A DNA stretch of 64,000 bases from Ascidiella aspersa (GCA_963924565.1 OZ004615.1:16492001-16556000), one strand, 5' to 3'; shown: positions 39,923-52,644, counted from the stretch's first letter. The notes: generated from the sequence alone by a model not told the origin. Made by a program: numbers and translations.

Positions 39923-40439
39923 ATGGACGTCGGTCTGCGGGACTTGAGCTAACTCGTTTTTGATTCACTATTTATCATCCCTACATTCGCTTCGCACGAA
40001 AACTATTTGTAAAACGTGTGTGCGCAGATTTTGTGTTCGTCGTTTGCTTCTCTATACAATTTTTTTTATATACTACTTTTCTATTAATGAATTTTAAAGC
40101 AAAAGAGGTCGCGTAAATCGACATCATTTTGATTAAGACGTTTCAAAACCTGCTTGTTTCATCACCACTTAATGTCAATTTTTTGATTGTTTTGCAAACT
40201 TCTGTAAAGGTGTCTTTTTTTTTTGCACAGATACTAGGAATGCAAATAAATATATTATAAATTCAGTGGTCATGTAACTGGTCGGCTTATCTATCCATGG
40301 GATTGAATGCGATTGCTAAAGATGAGCACAATTATATGACACATAAATTAGGAAAAACCCAACACGTTAGGATATGGCCTTTTGTTGAAACACGAGTGCA
40401 ATTTATACGAATGGCTAAAATGTGTTTACTTGACAAACC

Positions 40440-43400
40440 TGTAAAGGCTTTTTCCAATGCAGAATCTGATTGAAGTTTTCTGGTGTAATGTATTCGCTCG
40501 ATGCACTGTAAATAAATATATTCTATTAATACTAGAAAGAAAAAAAAAATGTACAAATATGTTTAGTTTATTTCACATTTAAACCAAACTATATATTTAT
40601 GAGCAATACCTTATAAACCTAAAAATAAAATCGAGATCCAAGTTTTCTGCTTCACGGCTATTTTCAAGTAACTTTTTAAATTCTTCCAGGTTCATCTTTT
40701 GACTGGAAGACTCTTTGACAATTTTTAGTCCCCTAAACATAAACATTTTAACTATCAGTAAAAAAACTTTTTTAAACAAAAACATTAGAAATTTAAACAA
40801 AGACATTAGGTTTACAAACTATCAGTAGTCTGTAGTGCAAAACCGTATAGAATAACTACTACAACTACTTTTTCAAGGCATCTTCTACAAATTGAAATTG
40901 CTCTGGAAAAAACTCGACGCTTTCCGCTTCTTCAGACTCTCCTGCTTCAAGAATATCTTCATCTTCATACAAGCCGCCTCCATGGAAATCTTCATTTAGT
41001 GTGTAGACATAACCCATTCTTTTAAAAAACACACAATAAAAACACAAAAAAATCACAAACGTAATAGAAACAGTTATATTTTAGTTACGAAAGTTACTTA
41101 AACATGTTTAAGCAAAATAGACTGTTTTAAAACTAAAAATACATTGCAAAAAAAAACCTTGAAAATTTTCTCAATGAAGGGTCAGGAATGCTCTCAACTT
41201 CATCCAGCGACAAAACTCCGTTCATATTCACATCAAGGAGAAGAAAAGCATTGGTGATGTCACCATTTATAACCCTGATCAGCTTCTTAAACCTATAGTT
41301 TTAATGTCTAGATGTCATACTTACTCCATTGTGCAACAATAATATATTTATTTTCTGCGGATCAGCTAATGAAAATAAGCACCACTATAGCCAACACCAT
41401 TAAGGTAAAACTGACCTAAAAAAAGGTTTTAGTAGAAGTAAAAATTTCAATTGCATAAATGATTGCAAAAAAACATTCAACATTTAGTTTTTTTTTGTCT
41501 AAAACGCCCTTGAAACTGAAAAGATGTCCTTGAAAGGATAAACAAGTAGAAAATAAAATACTAGTCTGGACTGCGAATAAACTTGCATTTGCTTTGTGAC
41601 AGCTCAAAAAAGAATAGCTTGACGGGCATATGTAAAGTACACTACAACATATAAGACCTAACAGCAAGAGGACAGCATAGAGCCATTAACGACAATTAAA
41701 AGGTAAAAATTACAGTAGACCTTTTGCCATTGAGAATTGGTTAGAGCGCCCCCGGTTAAGAACCACTGATTTAGAAGCTTTTCATGTGAGGTGTTTTTTA
41801 TTAAAATAGAATGATCAATGGACAGATATCAAAAGGTCTTGTCAACTTAACAAACAAATATATATACTCATTGAATAGGGTTTGGGAACTTACTGTGGAT
41901 AAAGCAATTTGTTGTTCTTTCCATGCTTTCTTACAATTGTTTTTAAAAATTGTTTAGCATTTTTAATATCAGAAAAATAGTCATTTAATCTTGGGTTGAA
42001 GGCCGCTGATGCATTTGTCTTTTCTGGATTTATTCCCATTTGAGATCTGAAATGTTTATAGATATTAACAACTAATTTAAAGAAGAAATATGTGAATAAT
42101 AAAAAGCTTTATACTAAAACTTGATTGTAAGGTTTATTAAAAACTATTGATGACTTTCATATATGTATTTATTTGTTATCATCAATTGTATTACACAGAA
42201 CTAATGTAGCAGATTGGAGCCACATACTTCGTAGGACCATGGGGGTCATCTGTGTTCCGACAGTAATCTTTCCAAGTTTCTAACCCTAACGAGGTCATCT
42301 CTTCTATAGTGGCTTTGCCATCATTGTTTGAGTCAACGTCCAGAAAAAATTTCCTGGACCAATTAAAAAAAATCTAGTCATGATGTTTCTTAAATTTTAT
42401 GTAATATGTATGTTGTGTTACGATAAATTAATAAGAGCAGTCCCGAAGGATTTGGATTATAGTAAATAACTTAAAAAATCAACAGTAAATCTGTGCAGTA
42501 GTTCCTTTCAATATTTTTGTTATTGCAAAATAGCGCTCAAAAGATTATTCAGGTATTAAAAAAACAACTCACAAGACTATTTAAGATGACTTACTTTATT
42601 ACGTTAGGCCGAGACATAATTTCTTCACCTTTTATGGCATATAGGCTGTACAAAAACTCAGTCCATGTAAATGATTTTATTCCAATACTGATAAAATTGT
42701 CTAATACATCTTTTCTAATATTAACAGGATTCTGGTAGCCCATATCCACAGTCTCTTGGCCCTGTTGCAAATGTTAAAGATTTAAAACTTTTTGCATCTT
42801 AATTCACAACGCTTTATAAACCAATACATAAACAATCAGAGCGATTATTTTTTGACTTGTCAAAAAAAGTCAAAATTTTGTCAAAATTTACCTGTTAGAT
42901 CAAAATTTGTCAAAATTTTTAAAATCAAAATCGAATAAAAATGCACATAAATCGTCTAAAAATAAAAAAATAACTATAGTCAGCTTTTTAAAACTGTTCT
43001 TTTAGTTGTTTTGAAAATTATCGTTCAATTTTATCAAAAAATTTTAGTTTTGAGTTATGCTCAAAGTCATTTTAACCGTATTATATCTTTATTAGAGCAA
43101 TATACAATATAAAAAATGCATGATTAACGAGGCCTAGGTTATTTATATCAATGTATTTTTAACAGGTCAAAAATTTGTCAAAATAAACTATTTTTAAGGT
43201 CCAAATTTGTCCAAATTTCAATTTTTCAGGTCAAAATTTTCTATTTTTTAGGTCAAAAAATAATCGCCCTACTTATGAGTGTATATTTAAAAAAATATTG
43301 TCATAAAGATTTTATTCTCGCACCTTTTCGTAAACCCAGTACACAAATACATCATCAAGACTCATATACTTTTCCAAATCAACATCTTTACAATCATCAT

Positions 43401-46253
43401 CGTTGAAAGAATCTCTTGGGTAAAACAAATAGGTAGCTGACACTGACCTATTGTATGATCGAACCTAGTTATATACATAAAGGTTTTAAGAATCATGAAA
43501 TGACTTAAGTCAATAATATTAGTAAATTTGGGTATGTAAGGTGATTTAATCAATGTAAAAATGTTAACTTGCTATTTTTTGTGTTTGCTTAGAATTTGAC
43601 ACATTCACTAAAAATGTTTTTTTACATAGAATTTGTTTAAAATAACTTAACTTGCCACTAATTTATGTACGACTGGACTGGCTTGTTTACACTAGTTTTT
43701 TATTACATATTAAAATTGAAGCATAGTTGCCCAGAAAGAAAATAACATTTAATACAACACTAAAGTTCGAGATGCATCAGGCTTTTATGTGATAGAAGTG
43801 GACTCAATAGCAACATTGCTAAACATTAGATAAACACTTTAGGGAGAAACTAACCTGGTGTAAATATTGCGGAGGCAAGTAAAGACAATCTCCTCCATAC
43901 AATGTCACATATTCCCAGGGTAACTGGGTAAGCTCTGGATTCTCAGCCAAATTTATACCATCTACATAAAGATGTGAAAATCCAGAACCCTTTTGGTAAA
44001 TAAATATTATTAAATTATTTTTTGCTTATTTAAGGGTTTCCGTAATAATTCTAATCAAATTTGGCAATATACGGTTACCCCTAAAATCATCCAAATTCTC
44101 ATCCAAACACTACTCCTTTTATATCATTGCAATAATGTTTTAAAAAAGAATATATATCCTAAATGAATTGGGTTTTATTATAATTGGCTAAAAAGCTTTT
44201 TTCTCATGCATGCAAAGTCAGTACTTTTTGTATTATATAATATTGTGGTGCTTGAATGTAATGTTTATCTGATTTTATGAATATATGCTATGTGCACTGC
44301 TTTCATTGAAATGAAAACAAAACATCATACTCATAACTAAAAAAAAATAAATTAGGATGTTACCGACAACAGGTAAAGTAACTGAATGATAAACAAGGTA
44401 AAATATTTTATTGTATATAATAGCAATACAGCCAGTATACTGAAGAAGCCAATATTTGTACAGTTACAACCTGTCCACGATTATTCATGACCATGTCAAC
44501 ATTAGGCTTGTTGTTAGGGTGAATCAATACCCAATCCTTTCTTCCAGAAACAACACAATGAAGAATGTTGTCCGCATCATAATGTAACATTGATCTAAAA
44601 TAATTCTTATTTCAAAAACTGAAACCTAAACGCTTCTACTTTATTTGCATATTTATTTATATATATACAATATACATACTACCTTGTTCCATGTGTACCA
44701 ATCCACAAATTTAACTCTTGCAGGTTTTCCCGAAAGGTGCTACATTTCAGTGGTTTTGGTACCTTTGAACAAAATGTTGTCTCAAAAAATGTTAATATTA
44801 AAAAATGGAACATATGATACACTACCCCAATGTATTAACTTACTTTTAAATCCTTACGCATGGCATTCGGAAGAATTGTTACAACATACCAGTTGTGTAA
44901 CTTATATTGCTCCAGGAAACCAGCAATGGTCATTCGTTTGGGTTCGGATTTTCTAAGAAAACCACATCAGAAATAATGCCAATACTTTTGTGTATTTATA
45001 ACTTAGAATACCAAGCTAAGCATTTTTATTTACTACAGTACATTGTATTTTATGTTTTACACTGCATCATATAACATCACTTTTCAATTTTTTTTTCTTT
45101 GGAAACTCTGTCAAAACCACAAGGCTGACAGTCAAGGCTGAGAGGCAATATTTTTCTTTACTGCAATAACTGCAGAAAAAGAGTTATATATACAGCTACA
45201 AAGCTCATAGGCTGTAATAAGCAAAATCCTAGTAACAGGTACAATTCGCTGGTTGGCTAGTCAGGCCTGTCATTTATACTGTGAAATAGAAGCTGTTTGA
45301 CAGAATTAAATATGAAAATTGTTGAATTTTGTTTACGTACTTAAATTTGTATTATGCAATACAATACATCAATATATAAAAATAGTTCATTGGAATTTTT
45401 ACAACATTTCTAGATAAATATTGATTAAAACAATAATTTATTATTTAACAAATAAAAAATGTACACAAAGAAGTCAAAAAGCAAACATAGGTATTTTGTA
45501 CTACATACATTATACCATAAAAATAATTTATTTTATATCCAAGCATTCACAATTGCATTTTGCAAAAGAAAATAAGCATAATAGATACCTGTCTTCAGTT
45601 TTCTTTTCAACTAAAACCTCTTGGTCTCCGTATTCTTTGGCAAGATACTCATCACTTGTCCAGTTATCAATTGCAGGTGACCCATTCAAAAGACCACGGT
45701 ACACAGCTGGTCTATCAAAAACATTTATTTATTTATAAATATATGTTTAGATATAATAGCCAATACCCAGCATTAAACCACTGATAAGTCTACAGTCAAT
45801 TTGAACCCAAAAAATAATTACTAAACAGGCCAAAACAAGTTTTGTTAAACATGCCAAACCTAATTTACAACAAATATAAACACTCACAATTACTCTAAAT
45901 TTATTTAAAAACATTTTGCTTGGTTTTGATAGCTGGGTAAAAATCATAAACATGGATTAAATAAAAAATAACGATACTTAAACTAACCTGTAAAGTTTAA
46001 CATGTTCATCCCATAACTTTCTTGGAGTTGGTGCCTCAAAATACTCTGGAATTTGACCAATCGGGGGACTTTGCATTCCAATTTCTTCATTATGCCCTAA
46101 TGGATCTGGGTTAACCGTTTCCCCAGGAAAGTTAAGTTTGGGAAACTTTATGTGATAAGCTGGGTCCCTCCGTACAATTTCAGCATGGCTTATTACATCT
46201 GCATTTGCTAATGTTGCCAACAGCACAGTAACAAGGAAAAGTACATCAAGCAT
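40440..46253 (-). CDS. Secretory-pathway JmjC/cupin-8 2-oxoglutarate/Fe(II) oxygenase with C-terminal EF-hands (>=13 exons; 3' end unresolved)
   Basis: Phase-consistent exons 46253-45988, 45711-45589, 44952-44844, 44762-44683, 44594-44471, 43989-43855, 43464-43324, 42761-42595, 42353-42228, 42046-41894, 41292-41158, 41018-40869, 40732-40610 and probably 40505-40440. Signal peptide MLDVLFLVTVLLATLANA; PAVYRG...W..EYL; NLWIG; HYD; GRKDW; GDCLYLP..YLHQV; EF loops DSNNDGKATIEE and DVNMNGVLSLDE. Confidence 0.88.
42837..43271. mobile_element. TIR-bounded MITE-like element in JmjC intron
   Basis: CAGAGCGATTATTTTTTGAC...GTCAAAAAATAATCGCCCT inverted termini with internal GTCAAAA arrays. No clear TSD. 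Confidence 0.65.
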
Positions 46254-46949
46254 GTTTTACTGATACACAAATATCCTGAAATGTAGAAAAATCAATGCTC
46301 ATTGTTGCAGAAAAGATAAAGTTTTATCATTAAAAACATTTATCACATTAGGCCTCAAAACATGTACTTCTAATTATTATTAAACGAGTTCATAGTGCAT
46401 ATTATTAAATATTTAATACAGGTGTTAGCAAGGAAAACAACATATTAAAGAGGTGTAAACGTCATGAAGTTACTAATGTTAGGCACAAACATAAAAGATT
46501 TAAATATTTAACACATATCTACTTAAAAATTTAACTAAGCTTTTTTATGCTAACAAGCTTAATAAAACAACAACTATTACTAAAGAAAACTTAAAGAGAT
46601 AATTTTAATGTTTCTGTAATCTCTACACTCTGTACACCCCTTTATTATTTTCATATTGCACAAGAAGCTGATGTAGGCCTATATTGTTTATTCCCAAAGC
46701 AAAATTAAAAAATATATATTTTACATTATTAGCAAAATAGAATTTTAGGTATAAACTTCTAAAGTAAAATAAACAATGGTTTTCCTTTAGGCTCAAATCA
46801 ACTTTTTTTTAAATCATCATTTTTGATAAAATGGAAAATCTTTAGGTATGATAAACGTCTAAACACCTAAAGGTATCACGATGTAACCAATTCCCAAATA
46901 TGAATTAAACGCTAAAAAATCACATTGTGCCATCAAGTAACAAATAATC

Positions 46950-47400
46950 CTAACAGCCGCCTCCTACTTGCTTGAAACCAAACAAACTATCAAGTCGTTC
47001 TCGTGCTTTCTTTATCGCAGCTTCTTGTCAGGCAATAGCAGGCCAGCTGCGACTTCCCAGTCAGACCATTCAGAAATGACTTCCGGAAGGACGGCTCAAA
47101 CTTACCAAGATCTTTGAGTAGGTCGCGAGCGTCTGATTAGGCATGGTTGATCGTATAATCGTAGCTGGTTGAGTGGAAAAAACTCGTATTTCACAAAAGT
47201 GATGTTTTGGGGCAACAGACGACAGATTTAAGTTGTTTACTACACTATATAAAACACGATTTTTTAAATCCGTATTTTTCGTAAATATTTCAAAAACAAA
47301 CATTTAATTCCACTGATCTCTGTGGAACGTATACTTTCATATACGCATAAATAGGCCGTTCAAATCTTTACTTTTTACGTAACAAATCGATAGAGCGCCA
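46950..47400. promoter_or_regulatory. Probable bidirectional promoter between the JmjC gene and the methyltransferase
   Basis: Head-to-head genes with ATGs ~1.4 kb apart. A locally CpG-richer stretch contains the palindromic ETS-type CTTCCGGAAG (~47080-47089). Confidence 0.45.
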
Positions 47401-47640
47401 AATCTTTAGCGCTGTTTTACAATACAGTGGTTTAAAATATGGGGTTTTCCCTTTTTAATATTTCAGCCTTACACAACATCCCCGGCTGTTTCGTCAGCTG
47501 TACAAACTGGACTGTTATATCTCAAATTACCTTGTTTTATCTAGTGACATTACTCGGAAATGTTATTAAACTTGTAGAAATTTTATACTGTCAGTCGCGA
47601 AGTATATTCGTAGCCTACTGTCTTACCTAAATTTTACCAA

Positions 47641-48546
47641 ATGATTCGACTATTTGAGGGCGGTGCTGTCGCTGAAGCATATGCGTTATTCAGACCTCAC
47701 ACACCACCGGAGGTTGCTACCATTGCAATGAAATACTTTAATTCAAGATTCAATAGAGAAACAGATGTCAAACAAGGACTACTTCTAGACGTTGGGTGTG
47801 GAGGTGGCCAGTCAACTTCAATTTTTTCCAAGTATTTCAGTAACATAATTGGTTTAGATCCTAGTGCATGTCAGATTGATATGGCATTAAAGGAAAATAT
47901 GCATAACAATATTACCTTTAAGGTTGCCACAGCGGAAAACTTGCCTGTTAAAAACGAAACTGTTAACATGGTGGCATGCGGACAATCTGTACATTGGTTT
48001 GACTTTTCTGCATTTTTTCGGGAATGCAACAGAGTCCTTTTGCCAAATGGCTGCTTGATTCTGCATGGTTACGATACTCCATCTATTTTTCCTGTTGAAA
48101 TCAGATCTAACCGAAGTAAAAGTGATTTGAAAGCATCTGCGACTGAACTCCTTATGAAGATGTACAACACCTGTGATTTTAACCCCAGGAGAAAACATAT
48201 TGATGATCATTATTCTGAGATTTTTGATTTAGTTTCGAGCAACCACAAAACAAAAGACGAAACCATAGAAATGAAAAAGTTTTGTACATTGCACGACTTC
48301 ATATGTTATTTAACCACTTGGTCAGGATACAGGTCTTACATGGAGAAAGTCCAGGATAAATTAAGGGCAACTCATGAAAATGTAACAGAGGAAATGGTTT
48401 TAAAACATGATATCTTGCATCAGTTCCTCAAAAACCTGCAGACAGAGTGGGAAATACAAGACTTGAATCCAAAAGCTGTTAATGTTTGTGTTGCCTGGAA
48501 CTTATTTATGATTTTATCAGAAAGACCGAACCCGATTGACAAATGA
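47641..48546 (+). CDS. Class I SAM-dependent methyltransferase (Methyltransf_11-like), intronless CDS, 301 aa
   Basis: Uninterrupted ORF; RLFEG..Y..FRP N-terminus; motif I LLDVGCGGGQST; GLDPS; AENLP; GQSVHWFD; RVLLPNG. Confidence 0.93.
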   Translation: MIRLFEGGAVAEAYALFRPHTPPEVATIAMKYFNSRFNRETDVKQGLLLDVGCGGGQSTSIFSKYFSNIIGLDPSACQIDMALKENMHNNITFKVATAENLPVKNETVNMVACGQSVHWFDFSAFFRECNRVLLPNGCLILHGYDTPSIFPVEIRSNRSKSDLKASATELLMKMYNTCDFNPRRKHIDDHYSEIFDLVSSNHKTKDETIEMKKFCTLHDFICYLTTWSGYRSYMEKVQDKLRATHENVTEEMVLKHDILHQFLKNLQTEWEIQDLNPKAVNVCVAWNLFMILSERPNPIDK

Positions 48547-49208
48547 CTGCTAACTGTTTTGCTCTAAAAGTTCAACTTAATTAACATATTAAGGAAAATA
48601 TACCTTCATAATTACTTAAACATATGATAATATTCATTAACTGCAAATTCTTTGTAAAACATCTAATTTTTTTCTAATATTACTTTTGTATTAAACAGTG
48701 TTGTGAACAAGTCTTTTTGAAATGACTCAAAAGTCCCTGGAAAAGTCAGTACTTCTGCAAGTCATATTGAAGTTCCGACATTGGCATCAAAAATTGACAT
48801 TAAACTGTAAGTCCAGTGATTGACTTAAGCATACAACAATGATATTACAAAAAAATTATAAATTATACTTAAATCATTCTGTTTTTATCTATTATATAAC
48901 ATATATGAATTTGTACTAAATTTCTACTGATAAGACTTTTTTTTTTATATTTGTGTATTTTTAATTATTAATATCTTTTATATGACAAACTATTTTTTTA
49001 AGTGTTTTATGAAAATAATATGTGGAGTTGTTTCTGTGAAGCCATACAGCTCTTTTATCAAGGCAATTAAATGTTTTGCAAAATTATCTATATCGGTGGA
49101 TCTTTACCTTGATCAGCTGACATGGTACCAGTCAATGTTTAAAAAATAAAAAATAATACAAGTTGCAAACATTTATTTATCTTTTAAATGAGTATTCTTA
49201 CATACTGC

Positions 49209-51635
49209 TGTAGCATTTATCATGCAATATTACTCGATATTGCCTAATTTGACGTCACTATACACGTGACCGTTGTTCACTGACGCGTGACCTAACGCCG
49301 AATCGTGCGCTTTGAACGTTTCGTATTCATTCTATTTTATACGTCTTACTGATTAGCGGCTTGAATCACCGCTCGGTTTATCGCTGTTGTTTCTGAGATT
49401 TGCAATGTAACAATCTGCAAGATGACAGAAGGAAATTCCATGGGCAAGTTGACCCACAATAAACTAGAGAATCGACAGCCAATCGTTTCTCTCCGAAGAC
49501 TCCACATAGCTCTCATATCAGCCACAGGATCGAATACCGTGCAAAAACAGTCCTGAAGATGCTCAGCCCTCTTCAGCGGTCGTCAGCAATCTTGCACCTC
49601 AACGGTGTTCTTTTCGCATCAAATATGTTCTCGCTTTCCAGAGGTCTCGGCGAGGGACCCAGGAGGAAACGCTTACTTCGAATAAAGCGCAAGTTAACTT
49701 CATGCGAATGGAATGGACCGGCTAGGATTTCTTCACGACAACCCAACACCCCAGTAAGACATTTAAGTCGTTGGACGCTACAAAGGCAATGTTTAACCGT
49801 GTAAATTTCACGACAAATGCTATAGCAATTCTACAAATAGGTTTAAACTTTTCTGATACCATTAAGGGACAATTTTGTATTCTCATGACGTAATATTTAA
49901 TATATTATGTGCAAAGTACTAAATTGTGTTGTAAAAAGTTTTTATATCATGTCCCGATATTACGTTTCACACAGAGCATTTTCAAATGTTCGCCCGCAGC
50001 GCCACTAATTCATTTCCTGTTCTCACGCTTTTCTTACATTGTGCGCTGTGGGACCGGGACCACATTGGTGCTGTATTTATGCAGTTTACTTATTGTTCGC
50101 GAACCGAGTTCGAATCTCGGCCCCACCGTACAAACGTTACCCTTCACCTTTTAACCCTACCCTTTGTGAACCCACATCTACCATTGCCATACAAACATGC
50201 TGTTTGGTGGCAAGACATATATGGTCCTTCTGCAATATCGAAGGTTTTTTCACATCAACATGCTCCTCAAATTCAAAAGATTTCAGGCGTCCTCACAGCT
50301 CAACTACGCATCGGAACCAGCTCGTCACGAGAACAGCTTTCCGACCGCTCATTGTGATCGGAAATGATCTCAATCTTAAGTGCAACTCTGAACGCACTTC
50401 ATCAAACACTGCGTTGAACTTCACAGCACAAGAATACGTGATGCCACGTCTTTGCTTCCGTTCAACCAGCTTCAGTAATGTAAATTGTATTGAAGAATCA
50501 CGTCGATTAACTGAAGAAATCTCAAGCTACGCGAGACAGCCCTGCTAACTATGAACATCCTTCGGGAATGGACTATATCCCGGGGAGCATTCGACTACGC
50601 AAATTTGCTAGACGACGCATTTCTACACCTCCTTGCCTCTAACGAACCCAAACCCCTTCCATACCCCCTTCTTACACACCACGGTCCGCAGCAATGCCGC
50701 TGACATAGCCACACAGGGGCCCAAATTATATGTTTGCTAAATACTCTCAAAGCCAAATGCTAAGCTTACCGAATTGTGCATGAAATTTATCGCCATGTAT
50801 CTATTATTCGATGTATCGCATTTCATCAATGTACGTCAAAAATGTATTTGTGTTATAAAGGGTTCGAGAAACCAACACAATTTATTATTTACAAAACAGA
50901 CAGCCTTAGCTGTCCATTTAAGTTTCTGTGGTCATAGAATCCACAGCCGATAATTTATTGCTTCCTGTATTGTATTTTAAATCGTTTGTGTGCACATTAA
51001 TCGCAGAGAAAAATATTTTAAAAACTCGCCTCCAAAAAAATTATAAAAACACCCATAAAATGTTGCTCTGTTGTATACATATTGTTTTCTTGTAACGCCA
51101 CGCCTGTTTTTTGTTCGCCATTTCTCTTTGTGTCCCACAGTTTTTGACACGCACCCAAACCATATCCTAATATCAATCTTCCAGATCTCTTTTTTTCTTT
51201 AATGAACAACCCTTCCTACGTCTGACTTGTTCATTGGAAGGGGGATTCTGTAGCGTTTATCATGCAATATTACTCGATATTGCCTAATTTGACGTCACTA
51301 CACACGTGACCGTTGTTCACTGACGCGTGACCTAACGCCGAATCGTGCGCTTTGAACGTTTCGTATTCATTCTATTTTATACGTCTTACTGATTAGCGGC
51401 TTGAATCACCGCTCTGTTTATCGTTGTGTTTCTGAGATTTGTGAATGTACTCAAAGAACAATTATCTACTGAGTGGATTGTCTTTGCCTAGAGTACAAGA
51501 AGTTAATGACGGTATTCTAACGGCCTGCTCCTTTGGAGTCGGATTAAGAACTTGTAAGAGACTAAGGCAGCCGTCGGCTCTCGTCTACAGAGTCAGCAGA
51601 CCTCTTACACCTCCCCACGAACTCTCCACGCTACA
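49209..51635 (+). mobile_element. Internally deleted Gypsy-like LTR retrotransposon
   Basis: 3' LTR 51249-51635 is bounded by TGTAGCG...CGCTACA and preceded by the polypurine tract GGAAGGGGGA. The 5' LTR remnant 49209-~49402 matches its first ~190 bp. 4-bp TSD CTGC (49205-49208, 51636-51639). No RT or integrase motif recognisable. Confidence 0.88.
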
Positions 51636-52106
51636 CTGCGCACAAGCAATCCAAATATTGATTATCATGATTTATCAGAATTTGTTGAAAATGATGTGCT
51701 TCTGCTAAAATAATTTATTAGTTAATGCATTAAAAATATGTTGTCAGACACATAACTAATCAAGACACATACCATATAATTGTACAATTATTTTGTGTGT
51801 CATTTGTGTCACGTCTCCTAAATCAACAATATAAACGCATATGTTTTGGTGTTATATAACCGAACTGATTTTTACAAGATTGCTGTTCTACATTTTGTTT
51901 TAGTTGATTTTATAAAAATAAAAAAAAAAATATATATACGGTATATAAATAAAAAAATAAAGTGATATCGGTGCAATTTTCGCCTTGCTTTGCAAATTAA
52001 AGCATCTATTCTACCTTGACCAGTGAATTTGTCCAAAATAACAGTGGGTTTAACAACAAATAGAAATTACTTTTGGGCGCTTCAATTTCATTTACTTGGT
52101 TTGTTT

Positions 52107-52644
52107 CAGGAATCGAACCGGAACTTTATGAACCGGTTTTGGTTCAAATTTTTCCGAACCGTAACCGTTTTATGTAAGATTTTAAGGAACTGAACCGAAT
52201 AATTTGAAAGTACCTGAACCTTAACCGAACCTGCCAAAAAAACGGTTCACTCCAGCATGACGTCACAACTTGTATTTTAAAGAGTCAAGTTACGCCATGT
52301 TCGAATTTTTTGAAAAAATATAAATATTAAATAAATAAAACGTTGACTTTTGTATATTTAAGATATTTCAATAATCAGTTGCTGTTTTTGTAATACGTCA
52401 CGTAACTTAGATTAAATGACTTACAATTCAAAGATGATTCTCTACATTTATTTACCCACATTTTTAGATTAACGCATCTTATATTGTATCCGAACCGGAA
52501 CTTATGAACCGGTTTTGGAATAATGCTGGTCGAACCGGAGCTAAACCGGAACTTTTAAATTGCTCGAAACCGAAACCGGATTCAGAAAAATCCTTAAACC
52601 CGAACCGAACCTTAACCGGAAAAGTCAAACGGTTCGACTCCCTG
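52107..52644. mobile_element. hAT-type MITE with GAACCG arrays
   Basis: Ends CAGGAATCGAACCG...CGGTTCGACTCCCTG; perfect 8-bp TSD GTTTGTTT (52099-52106, 52645-52652). Confidence 0.88.
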
